DNA from: Octopus sinensis
Lineage: Eukaryota
Assembly: GCF_006345805.1 (NCBI RefSeq)
Contig: NW_021835712.1
Coordinates: 1-38,647 of the forward strand
Direction of reading: 5' to 3'
DNA length: 38,647 nucleotides
Position numbers and translations under genes: made by a program. This document shows, in pieces, positions 23,168-33,436 of the stretch (positions are counted from its first letter, which is position 1; the number at the start of each line of letters is the position of its first letter). The notes under the pieces are model-generated. The model was not told the origin of the DNA and searched no databases. It saw only the letters and a program-made list of their open reading frames with translations.

Positions 23168-23397
23168 CGGCGAGCTGGCAGAAACGTTAGCACGCCGGGC
23201 GAAATGCGTTGCCGTATTTTGTCTGCCGTTACGTTCCGAGTTCAAATTCCGCCGAGGTCGACTTTGCCTTTCATCCTTCAGGGGTCGATAAATTAAGTAC
23301 CAGTTACGCACTGGGGTCGATGTAATCGACTTAATCCGTTTGTCTGTCCTTGTTTCTCTCCTCTGTGTTTAGCCCCTTGTGGGTAGTAAAGAAATAT
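23168..23397 (+). mobile_element. SINE B with tail type 1
   Basis: Full body ending GCCCCTTGTGGGTAGTAAAGAAATA. Confidence 0.9.
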
Positions 23398-23920
23398 ATA
23401 ATAATACTCCTGGTAAATACAAAAGTGGGCGCTTTGCTAATTGATAGAAACCTCGTTATTTTGAGCTATAAACACAAGACCACAGGGCCACCACTTCCTT
23501 GTACGTCTTCCGAGTTTTCAGTCGAACGAAATCGTAGCTGCTAAAAACATAATCGCTGGTCATAAAGAGTTAAGTCATATTCGAGGTGTGAGCTGTTTCT
23601 TAGACCGATTTTTGTGTTTGTAAGAAGTGGTAAACCCCAATTTCCAGTTATGTTGTAGCCGAGGGCAAAAGCACTTTAGTCACTTCATTAACAAAAATGT
23701 ATTTGTTTTCTTTTCTTCTTCAACCTTCTTCAACCGGAATCCATTGAAATACATCGCTGTAGTTTCAAGTAATTTCGAAGAAAAGATAAACAATTTAGTA
23801 AAATAAATGTGTTATTCTTAAGTTGGTGTTTGAAACACGAATTAGCGTTAAATTTTAATGGAAGATTGTAACTGAGATCACTTTAACCCTTTGGTTACCA
23901 TATCTCTGTTGAAATACACC

Positions 23921-24810
23921 ATATTTGTTTCAATTTACGGAGATGTACTTGCATAGCAAGTGACCTGATCTGAGATGGTGTGCTGAAACAAAAACCGTTA
24001 GGTTCACTTCAACATTTAAATTTGAGCTGAGATGCAGTATGGAATTTTGTCAGGGAACAGGTCGCAGTCTCAAAGCGACGATCATATTTTGACAAATTAA
24101 ATTTAAATGTTGAAGTAAATCTAATGGTTTTTGTGTGTTTCTTAAATGGCTTATAAACACCTTCCACGCTGCAATTGTTTTTGCTTCAATGAATATTTGT
24201 TTCAATTTACGGAGATGTACTTGCATAGCAAGTGATCTGATCTGAGATGGTGTGCTGAAACAAAAACCTTTAGGTTCACTTCAACATTTAAATTTGAGCT
24301 GAGATGCAGTATGGAATTTTGTCAGTGAACAGGTCGCAGTCTCAAAGCGACGAACATATTTTGACAAATTAAATTTAAATGTTGAAGTAAATCTAATGGT
24401 TTTTGTGTGTTTCTTAAATGGCTTATAAACACCTTCCACGCTGCAATTGTTTTTGCTTCAATGAATATTTGTTTCAATTTACGGAGATGTACTTGCATAG
24501 CAAGTGATCTGATCTGAGATGGTGTGCTGAAACAAAAACCTTTAGGTTCACTTCAACATTTAAATTTGAGCTGAGATGCAGTATGGAATTTTGTCAGTGA
24601 ACAGGTCGCAGTCTCAAAGCGACGAACATATTTTGACAAATTAAATTTAAATGTTGAAGTAAATCTAATGGTTTTTGTGTGTTTCTTAAATGGCTTATAA
24701 ACACCTTCCACGCTGCAATTGTTTTTGTTTCAATGAATATTTGTTTCAATTCACGGAGATGTACTTGCATAGCAAGTGACCTGATCTGAGATCGTGTGGT
24801 GAAACAAAAA
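23921..24810. repeat. Tandem array, 272-bp period, ~3.2 copies, built from a MITE-derived unit
   Basis: ACGGAGATGTAC recurs at 23937, 24209, 24481 and 24753; the three full units are nearly identical. Confidence 0.95.
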
Positions 24811-25074
24811 CAAATGCAGCGTGGAAGGTGTTTATACGCCATTTAAAAACATACAAAAACCGTTAGGCTCATTTCAACATTTAAATTTAATTTGTCAAAA
24901 TATTTTCGTCGCTTTGAAACCGCGACGAAATTTTGCCAGTGAACCGGTGGCGGTATCACAGCGACGAAAATATTTTGACAAATTACTTTTAAATGTTGAA
25001 GTAAATCTAACGGTTTTTGTGTTTTTTTTAAATGACTTATTAACACTTTCCACGCTGCAATTGTTTTTATTTCA
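24800..25074. mobile_element. Palindromic MITE with ~110-bp imperfect arms
   Basis: TGCAGCGTGGAAGGTGTT..CAACATTTAAATTTAATTTGTCAAAATATTTTCGTCGCT versus AGCGACGAAAATATTTTGACAAATTA..TTAAATGTTG..TTCCACGCTGCA. Confidence 0.8.
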
Positions 25075-25261
25075 ATGAATATTGAAAAATTTAAGAATTT
25101 AGCAAAATATCTTTGTCATTATTAAATTAGTATTTGGAACACGGATTAGCATAATATTTTGATGGGAGGTTTTTCATTAGATAACTTTGACCCTGTTGAC
25201 TTTGTTTCGATGAATTTTGAAAGAATTAAGAATACAGCAAAATATCTTTTCCGTTCTTAAG

Positions 25262-25810
25262 TTAGTTAGTTAATTTGGCTCAAAAGCAAATAGCAAGGCC
25301 ATGTTGGGGGACATGGAGTTAAGTACAGGGTGGTGTTCATGTAAAGAGTTCAGGCCACTTGAGGTCAAAGGAGACTTTGAACAAAGCGGTCGTCGGCATC
25401 TTCACCATCTCGTCTGGCAGCTTGTTCCACGGATCCGCAACCCGGACGGAGAAAGCTCCTCTCCTTCGATTGAGATGAAATCGTCGCAGGTAGAGCTTTT
25501 CGGAATGACTCCGCAGCCGACGCTCTGGAGCAAGAGTGAAGAATAGCTCTTTCGAGAGGTTACACTTTCCGCTTATGATGTTGTGGGCGAGAATGAGATC
25601 ACCACGGCGGCGGCGTTTTTCTAGAGAATAAAGGTCCAGCGTCCTCAGCCTTTCTTCATAGGACAAATTTTTGAGACCATGAACTATGCGGGTAGCCAGC
25701 TTCTGCACTCTTTCGAGATGCTGTATGTCTTTGAGGAGATAAGGAGAAGAGGCTTGAATCCTGTATTCCAATATGGGTCTCACCAGCGTGACATAGAGTG
25801 GTAGGAGAAC
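25262..25810 (-). mobile_element. CR1-group LINE 3' end (ORF2 C-terminus, 3' UTR, (TAAC)n tail)
   Basis: LPLYVTLVRPILEY...HLERVQKLATRIVHGLKNLSYEERLRTLDLYSLEKRRRRGDLI...AFSVRVADPWNKLP. It is inserted into a degenerate MITE unit (TTCTTAAG | GGTGTTTGGAAC). Confidence 0.9.
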
Positions 25811-26610
25811 GGTGTTTGGAACATAAATTAATATAAATTTTTGATGGAAAGTTTTAATTTAGAACACTTGAAATGTGAATATCCCCAATGCATTCTGGGG
25901 CTGTCAGAATGCATTGATAGATTCGACATTTTTTTGTAAAAAGTATAACTGTCACATTATCTAGAATTCCAATAAAATGTCCTTGGAATTTATTAATATT
26001 GGCAAATTCTTCATACAAATTCTTAATGTCAACAGTCAATAAAATTCTCACGCAATTATATTTCTCATCATCTGTTGAAATCTAATGAATCAATTTTGTT
26101 ACCAATTTTGCCACACAGTTCAAGATAATATTCGGTACATTATTAGACATTATTACCCCAATCTTCTGCTAGTAGACTGAATGCTGGGAAAATAAATAGT
26201 TTTTCATGTTGTTTTTCTTCATTGCTTCGCTTTCCTTTTTCACGATTTGACAAAAACTTGTTATTTTTAAAACGCATTTATTTCCTCTACTAACCTAATA
26301 ATAGTCCGGTGGCAGCCATGTTGAGAAATATCTCATTTATCGGTCGTTGCAAACGTCACGACACTCATTTCGGTTTAATCTCCTGTCATTAAAAAAACAT
26401 TAATTCACCATTTTAAAAATATCGAAAACAGATTTTTTAGTAGAAAATGGTTTATAAAATAAAGTGACACATTCCGTTTGTTTTTTTTATTAGAGTACTG
26501 CCAATAAACTCCAAAAACACGTATCATTTGCTCATGTCAATTAATTTGGGTTTATTTTTGCAAAGGTACTGCCAAGGAACTCCAAAAATGGGTACCTTTG
26601 CTAACATCGA

Positions 26611-26839
26611 TTTCTTTTATCTTTTTTTTTTATTTGTTTCAGTCATTTGACTGTGGCCATGCTAGAGCACCGTCTTTAGTCGAGCAAATCGGTCCCAGGA
26701 CTTATTCTTTGTAAGCCTAGTACTTATTCTATCAGTCTCTCTTGCTGAACCGCTAAGCCACGGAGACGTAAATACACCAGCATCGGTTGTCAAGCGATGG
26801 TGGGGGAGGACAAACACAGACACACAAACATATACATAC

Positions 26840-26893
<54 letters not shown>

Positions 26894-27055
26894 CGAAGGG
26901 CTTCTTTCAGTTTCCGTCTACCAAATCCACTCACAAGGCTTTGGAAAGCCCGAGGCTATAGAAGACACTTGCCCAAGGTGTCACGCAGTGGGACTGAACC
27001 CGGAACCATGTGGTTGGTAAGCAAGCTACTTACCACACAACCGTTCCTGCGCCTA
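26611..27055 (-). mobile_element. SINE A, full length
   Basis: Matches the family A consensus; it interrupts degenerate ~60-70-bp repeats (CTGCCAATAAACTCCAAAAA at ~26499, 26569, 27085). Confidence 0.9.
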
Positions 27056-27639
27056 AATTTGTTCAATTTTTGTGTTACCAAGGTCGGCCAATAAACTCCA
27101 AAGACGCTACCTTTCCTCATACCTGCTGATTTGTTTCCTTATCAAGGCACTGTCAACGATAAATTCTAAAAATGGCTACCCTTACTCATATCAGTCGACC
27201 TATCAAAATGGATGCTAAATATTTCACTTGCTTTTGCCTTTATAACGAAAATCAATAATTCTTTAATTAAAGATCTCCCGATATTTCATCACTTCGGCAC
27301 CAGATCGTATCGTTTGACAATGGAATATAGAGCAACTTCTTGGCAACATAATCTCCACCTCAAATACACATCATATCAATATTTGATGCTTGTACGAGAC
27401 TCCTTTCAGTGTATCCATCGTCCATCAAACACGAAGTAACGCATCAATGAACTCTTTTGTACTGAAGGAGGATATAGTATTATTATTTAAGCTACAAATT
27501 TGATGTCGCTAAACAGGCGTCTCTTTCCTTTCTTCGTTCAATAAAAAGTTGTCTTTCCACACAAAACCTTTACGGTCCACTTCCGAAAGTCATTTCGAGT
27601 GTGTATCATGCTTTAGTGAATTGTTACTTAACACTTCTC

Positions 27640-27686
<47 letters not shown>

Positions 27687-27887
27687 GTGTGTGTATAGAA
27701 TCCTTTCTGCTATAGACACAAGGCCTGAAATTTGGAGTGGGGTGTGGGTATTGTCGATTACATAGACTCCACGAAAAGAGGAAAACCAAAGTCGACCTCG
27801 GCAGAATTTGAACTCAGAACGCAGCGACGGGCGATATACTGCTAAGCATTTCGCCCGTCATGCTCACTCCACCCACTTTATTTATAT

Positions 27888-27942
<55 letters not shown>

Positions 27943-27947
<5 letters not shown>

Positions 27948-28125
27948 GGAAGGTTTACGAAAATAAACAAAGACGAAGGCAGGTGTGTACAAACAAACAA
28001 TGTATTAGTATAGCGCTCAGGAATAGAAAAAGTCTTTTACGTTTCGAGCCTACGCTCTTCGACAGAAAGATACACAGAAAAAACAAGGAGAGAAAAAAAT
28101 GCGTGTAGGAGCTAAAGATCTATCA
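27943..28125 (-). mobile_element. Penelope-like repeat fragment in (TA)n
   Basis: (TA)n flanks and a hammerhead-like fold at 28033-28070; PLE assignment is inferred. Confidence 0.5.
28033..28070 (-). ncRNA. Minimal hammerhead ribozyme variant (CUGUCGA core, loop-less stem III)
   Basis: RNA reads UCUUU CUGUCGA A GAGC-GUAG-GCUC GAAAC GUA AAAGA: stem I 5 bp, stem II 4 bp, palindromic ACGU stem III. Confidence 0.45.
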
Positions 28126-28475
28126 TATATATAAACAATTATATATATATATACTGAAACTGCCAGAGATTTATTATTGCTATATATATAAAATACAAAA
28201 TGGGACAAGAACGCAAAGCATCCGGACAGTTAGGTGATGCTAAAAGGGACAACAAAACATCCAGATAGACGATACAAAGAAAACAAGGATGGGTCGTTCG
28301 AAGCCCTCTATCCTCAGTCAAGCACCAGATTATCCTCGCAATTATTCTTGAGATTGCTCCAATCTGGCCAGCCCCAAGGAAAAACTAAGCTAAGAGCATT
28401 AGATTTCTTGGAAGAAAGCAGCATCTATATGTATATACATACATACATATATACATTCATACATACATACATGTG

Positions 28476-28750
28476 TAGGCGCGTGGCCTAGTGGTTATGT
28501 TGTTGCACTCATGATCTATCAATCATCGGTTCGATTCTCGAAATGAGCGGTGTGTTGTGTTATTTCACGCTTCTCCAGTCCACTCGGCGGTAAATAGGTA
28601 ACACCCTGCAACGGACTATTCTTCCAATCAGTGTGGGGGTGAGGAATGCTGGCCTGTCCACCTAGCCAGCCGGGTGGCATCGTTCGAATGCAGAAACAAT
28701 GCAAAGCTCATCGTGGGCCAGGAACGTATAACATCATTAGATTGTCTGGA
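28476..28750 (+). mobile_element. Degenerate SINE D head/core with tail type 1
   Basis: GGCGCGTGGCCTAGTGGTT..GGTTCGATTC..TCTCCAGTCCACTCGGC; tail CTAGCCAGCCGGGTGGCATCGTTCGAATGCAGAAACAATGC matches the reverse complement of ~6310-6375. Confidence 0.65.
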
Positions 28751-28903
28751 CAATTATGCGACCACATGATACAGCCGCGCACGCACACACACACATATAT
28801 CTTCGTTTTCATATCTGGTTTGCAAGATTCCTTATATGAATTCGTGTGTTGGAAGGCCATAGTGTCAACATATAACACACTGATTCCATTTCCACTCATT
28901 TAT

Positions 28904-29295
28904 TTAGCAGTGTCGCCCGGCGTTGCTCGGGTTTGTTTCGACCCTTTACAACTGGATTTTTTGAAAAGTAAAAATTCTGCATTATGTAGCTTGTTATTCT
29001 CTTTGAGTGAACAATTTTCTGGTTGAAATACACCGAAAAATGGCGACACAGCAGTCAAAAAATCGTAAAAAATAGGGATTTTCATAGAAAAAAAAGCACC
29101 TTTTTGATGTAAATAAATTTTTGGTGTTAACATGGTCCGATTTGAAGTTTTTCTGCAATGGAAGGAAGAGCAAGCCTTCTTCTATCATGCTCTTAATTTT
29201 GGTCAACTTGCGCCGCAGGGTCTCGGAGGAGATAGTGTTAGTTGAAGGCTACCAAACCTGCCACACACAGACGACTTCAGCTTTATTTATATAGA
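28904..29295 (-). mobile_element. Non-autonomous Helitron
   Basis: Reverse complement starts A|TCTATATAAATAAAG and ends AAACCCGAGCAACGCCGGGCGACACTGCTAA (hairpin plus a decayed CTAG). The 3' end is shared with 35402-35807. Confidence 0.75.
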
Positions 29296-29457
29296 TTTAT
29301 TCCAGAGGGCTTTCTCGTCGCTGCATTTGCTACCGTATCAATAGATTCTGATTCTGACCGTCCGTTATTGCCGAAAAAGCATTCTGGAATGAATAAATAA
29401 ATAAATAAATAAGTGGAAATTGTCATATTAAGGCAGTGTGACTCTCTCCAGACACAT

Positions 29458-29496
<39 letters not shown>

Positions 29497-29692
29497 AGTA
29501 GTTGAATGAATTATCTTATTAAGGATAATTCGAAAGTTAACCGATACCTGGGTAGCAAATTCACATCAGAAAGAACACGGTTGAAGTTACGTCCCTAGGG
29601 CATAGACTACGTGCTTTCGTGCGGAAATTTGTATGTTTATTTTAAAAATATAAGTTTATGAAAGAATGGAGTTGAACGACTTGTTAACAAAT

Positions 29693-29778
29693 TTCCTTTA
29701 TTTTCGACATATGTTTCGAAGGCTGCATATGCAGATTTCTCATCATTATGCAGATTTCTCATCAGGAAAGGCAAGGAA
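29693..29778 (-). ncRNA. Type I hammerhead ribozyme candidate with canonical core and GUC site
   Basis: CUGAUGA (29765-29759); stem II closed by G-C and A-U, containing a 19-nt-period duplication; GAAAC (29717-29713); loop AUAU; GUC (29708-29706); stem I of 4 bp + 3x3 loop + 6 bp. Confidence 0.7.
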
Positions 29779-29974
29779 CTTATGTCGACATCAAAATGCA
29801 CAAAAAACTTTTAGCTGACTGCTCTCAAGGAGCCCATGGCGATAATATATATATATATATATATAAATAAATTCAGGGTGAATACTTGATAATTGTAAGC
29901 ACCTGTATATACCATTTAGTGGTGTAGGTGGTAGAGTATATTAATCAAAATAAAAACATGATGCCAAGGATTCA

Positions 29975-30052
29975 GCGGTACATATGTTTCGGGCCTTTAT
30001 TAGACGGATTTATAACAATGCATAATGTGTGTCTATGGCCTTCTTCAGCCGC
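29975..30052 (-). ncRNA. Type I hammerhead ribozyme candidate, left arm of the inverted repeat
   Basis: GCGG CUGAAGA A GGCC-(long stem II)-GGCC C GAAAC AUAU GUA CCGC. Confidence 0.65.
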
Positions 30053-30316
30053 GCACAATTACTACTTCAAGGACATGTATTACATTATAAGTTTTACGTT
30101 GGGGATGCAAATCCTCACAGTTGCGTACGACAGAGTGGGGCACCAGCACAAAAACGAAGCGTCCACCTCGAAGCGCTCATTCTACATCGAGTGAAAGACG
30201 AGATGGACGCTTCGTTTTTGTGCTGGTGCCCCACTCTGTCGTACGCAACTGTGAGGATTTGCATCCCCAACGTAAAACTTATAATGTAATACATGTCCTT
30301 GAAGTAGTAATTGTAC

Positions 30317-30394
30317 GCGGCTGAAGAACGCCATAGACACACATTATGCATTGTTATAAATTCGTCTAATAAAGGCCCGAAACATATGTACCGC
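30317..30394 (+). ncRNA. Type I hammerhead ribozyme candidate, right arm of the inverted repeat
   Basis: GCGG 30317-30320; CUGAAGA 30321-30327; GAAAC 30379-30383; AUAU; GUA 30388-30390; CCGC 30391-30394. C30329 weakens the base of stem II. Confidence 0.6.
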
Positions 30395-30440
30395 TGAATC
30401 CTTGGCATCATGTTTTTATTTTGATTTATTTATATATATA

Positions 30441-30486
<46 letters not shown>

Positions 30487-30526
30487 CATACACACATAAT
30501 ACATACATAGATACAATATATATATA

Positions 30527-30905
30527 CACTTGCGTCAGAAATTAATTAGCACTTCTCAAATTTCTACATTAAATAGGTTAAATCAATTAACCTATGAGCT
30601 GTTCAAAACGTCTTACACGATGAGAAAACTTAGTATGGTGTGATTTCGGTCCTTGCGAGGCGCTACCTATATCTATTAAACAAAGAAGATTTGTCTGCAT
30701 CCGCACTCCAAGTTGTTGTTGCACTGCTATGTCAACATCATAAGGCTGTAGACTCTCAAACTGCTCTGCAAACAAAGTTACGTCATCGTTCTGCGCAACA
30801 GTGAACTCGCAACAAAGCAATAGTTCGAGATATGGCCACTAGGTGACAGCACATACCTTGAGTGAAGAGCAAATCAAGGGTGCTAATTAATTTCTGACGG
30901 TAGTG
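30527..30905. mobile_element. Tc1/mariner-type non-autonomous element
   Basis: 26-bp TIRs CACTTGCGTCAGAAATTAATTAGCAC / GTGCTAATTAATTTCTGACGGTAGTG, with TA on both sides. Confidence 0.85.
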
Positions 30906-30947
<42 letters not shown>

Positions 30948-31320
30948 GGAGGCGCAATGGCCCAGTGGTTAGGGCAGCGGACTCGCAGTCATAGGATCGC
31001 GGTTTCGATTCCCAGACCGGGCGTTGTGAGTGTTTATTGAGCGAAAACACCTAAAGCGAGGCTCCGGCAGGGGATGGTGGTGATCCCTGCTGTACTCTTT
31101 CACCACAACTTTCTCTCACTCTTACTTCCTGTTTCTGTTGTACTGTATTTTTCAAGGGCCGGCCTTGTCACTCTCTGTGTCACGCTGAATATCCCCGAGA
31201 ACTACGTTAAGGGTACACGTGTCTGTGGAGTGCTCAGCCACTTGCACGTTAATTTCACGAGCAGGCCGTTCCGTTGATTCGGATCAACCGGAACCCTCGT
31301 CGTCGTAACCGACGGAGTGC
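30948..31320 (+). mobile_element. SINE family C with tail type 2
   Basis: A-box TGGCCCAGTGGT, B-box GGTTTCGATTCC; same head/body as 6380-6552 but a different tail. Confidence 0.85.
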
Positions 31321-31334
31321 TTCCATATATAATA

Positions 31335-31625
31335 TATAGCTTCGAAACGCGGAGTAGATAAAACAGGGGACAACTGATGAAGGGGATGTTCTTTATGTTG
31401 CCTGTCTCGTTACTCTGTTTCTTTCGGTGTTCGAAAAAAGTTCGTTTTCTATGTTTTGCGTTTTTAATGTTCTCGTTTCTCATTTTGTCAACGTTTTTTT
31501 TATGTCCTGTACCCATATAAGCATGTATATATACATATATATACATGCATATGTAGGTATGTACATATGCATATATTTATATATTATTTACATTATTATA
31601 TGATCGAACGCCACGCATCCATTTC
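31335..31625 (+). mobile_element. Penelope-like repeat fragment with partial hammerhead motifs
   Basis: GAAAC 31344-31348 ..GUA 31354-31356 and an isolated CTGATGA at 31374-31380, next to (TA)-rich DNA. Confidence 0.35.
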
Positions 31626-31781
31626 CAAGTATGTATGTATGTATGTATGTATGTATGTATGTATGTATGTATGTATATGTATGTATGAGAACACGGAATA
31701 TGTAATCGGTATATAATCGGTCCATATCATGCACACGTGTTTCAGAAAACCACCAAAGCATTTGTTACCTGAGCTAAACTA

Positions 31782-31853
<72 letters not shown>

Positions 31854-31923
31854 ATAGTGTGTATATATGTATACACACTCACATATAGATATATATGTAT
31901 GTATGTTTATATACAGATCTATG

Positions 31924-31954
<31 letters not shown>

Positions 31955-32590
31955 GCACATATATATGTTTACGCACACATGCATATACGCACAACAAAAT
32001 GCATTGCTTTCGCCTAACCTAGATTATGTTTACATAGAATCATCAACAGGCAAGCTATAAACACGTACACAGAACTGGTCTCCTTCCCTTTATAAAGTTC
32101 TTAATTTTTAAAACGCATCCAGCATGAAAGGGAATCTAGTTTCGTGTACAAGCAAGCAGCTTTGCTATCACTGACAGAACATTACTGAGAGAATCAAGTT
32201 ACCTAGCGATTTAGCTTATAAAGTTTTTTCTTTTAAAAATTGGAAAAAAGATAATAATATATATATTTACCAGAGTCGAAGGAATTCCATATTCATTATC
32301 ATAGCAGCAGATGGTGTTTGTTTGTGTGTATAAATAACGTTTTTTGGGTTTTATTTTGGAAAGAGAAAGATTGTTGAGAAAAGTGATATTCCCGTTTTAG
32401 AACAGCATTATAAGTGAATTAATTTTGTGTCAACACCCTGTGATTACAACGTGTGAGGGTGTGTGTGTGTGAGGCGTGTATGTACACACGCACACACATT
32501 CATATACGTACCCTTAGTGTTTGCTGATTTCTTACATCGTACATGGCCAGATGTAACGACTTCCGTCTCTTCAAATTACAGTCATCACCA

Positions 32591-32668
<78 letters not shown>

Positions 32669-32896
32669 TCTTTTTTTTCTTCTTTTTTCATTTCTCTTTT
32701 CTTTTGTTCCTTTTCCCTTTCTTTTTTTTTCCTTTTATTCTTTTTATTTTTTATTTATTTTGTTTGTTCTTTTCTTCCTTTTACGATACCTCTTGATCGA
32801 AAACCTACGCCACCCCCTTTTTCATCCCCCAAAAGAAAAGCTCTACCTTGTAACTTGTCCCATCTGTGTGCAGCCCTGTGTGGCCAATAAAGAAAC
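32669..32896 (+). mobile_element. LINE-like 3' UTR end inside (CTAT)n (second copy)
   Basis: T-rich UTR, then CCCAAAAGAAAAGCTCTACCTTGTAACTTGTCCCATCTGTGTGCAGCCCTGTGTGGCCAATAAAGAAA; (CTAT)n on both sides. Confidence 0.65.
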
Positions 32897-32963
32897 TTAT
32901 CTATCTATCTATCTATCTATCTAGCTAGCTAGCTAGCTAGCTAGCTAGCTATCCATCTCTCCC

Positions 32964-32995
<32 letters not shown>

Positions 32996-33436
32996 ACGTG
33001 TATATCTGTATATCTATCCATCTATCTATCTATCTATATATATATATATATCTGTATATCTATCTATCTATCTTCCTGTCTGTTTCTTTATCGGTCTATC
33101 TAATTATCTGCCTGTCTGTTCGTCTGTCGACCTGTCTATCTATCTGTCTGTCTATCTCGTGTCTGTCTATCGTATAATGATTTAAAATATAAACAACAGA
33201 TACACATAAACACAAGCATGGCTGTATTGTAAAGAAGTTCGCCAGGCATTTTAAAGGTGGAACGTTGTTGACGATATGGATCCCCGTATTGATCGCGAAA
33301 TGATGTAAAACAAAGTTGACCTCGCCAGTATTTGAACCCAGAAAGTAAAAGACCCTAACTGAACACTGTAAACCGTTCCTTTCCTGCCCTTCTTCAGATT
33401 CTGATAATCCACCGCTCTCAGCTTCTTTCTATGTTA

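Larger units (their letters stand above)
29943..30426. repeat. Long inverted repeat: 228-bp arms, 28-nt spacer, 4 mismatches; PLE-like sequence
   Basis: 29943-30170 versus 30199-30426 compared base by base. Confidence 0.95.

Noticed and set aside
23921-24810. 272-bp periodic array as a CRISPR-like repeat-spacer system
   Set aside because: Whole units are repeated with no unique spacers, the context is eukaryotic, and no cas-like ORF is present.
27205-27300. Possible Tc1 helix-turn-helix start (RIIDFRYKGKSK) on the minus strand
   Set aside because: Two stops within 25 codons, no TIR and no downstream DDE region.
28286-28325. CUGAGGA on the minus strand as a hammerhead core
   Set aside because: No GAAA and no complementary stem I.
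29928-30411. Two near-identical ORFs (MMPRIQRYICFGPLLD...) on opposite strands
   Set aside because: They are a by-product of the inverted repeat and read antisense to the hammerhead; no protein motif.
30948-31020. tRNA-like heads (also 19603, 12443, 23168, 36420-36482) as tRNA genes
   Set aside because: A/B boxes are present, but I see no complete acceptor stem and each head runs into a SINE body.
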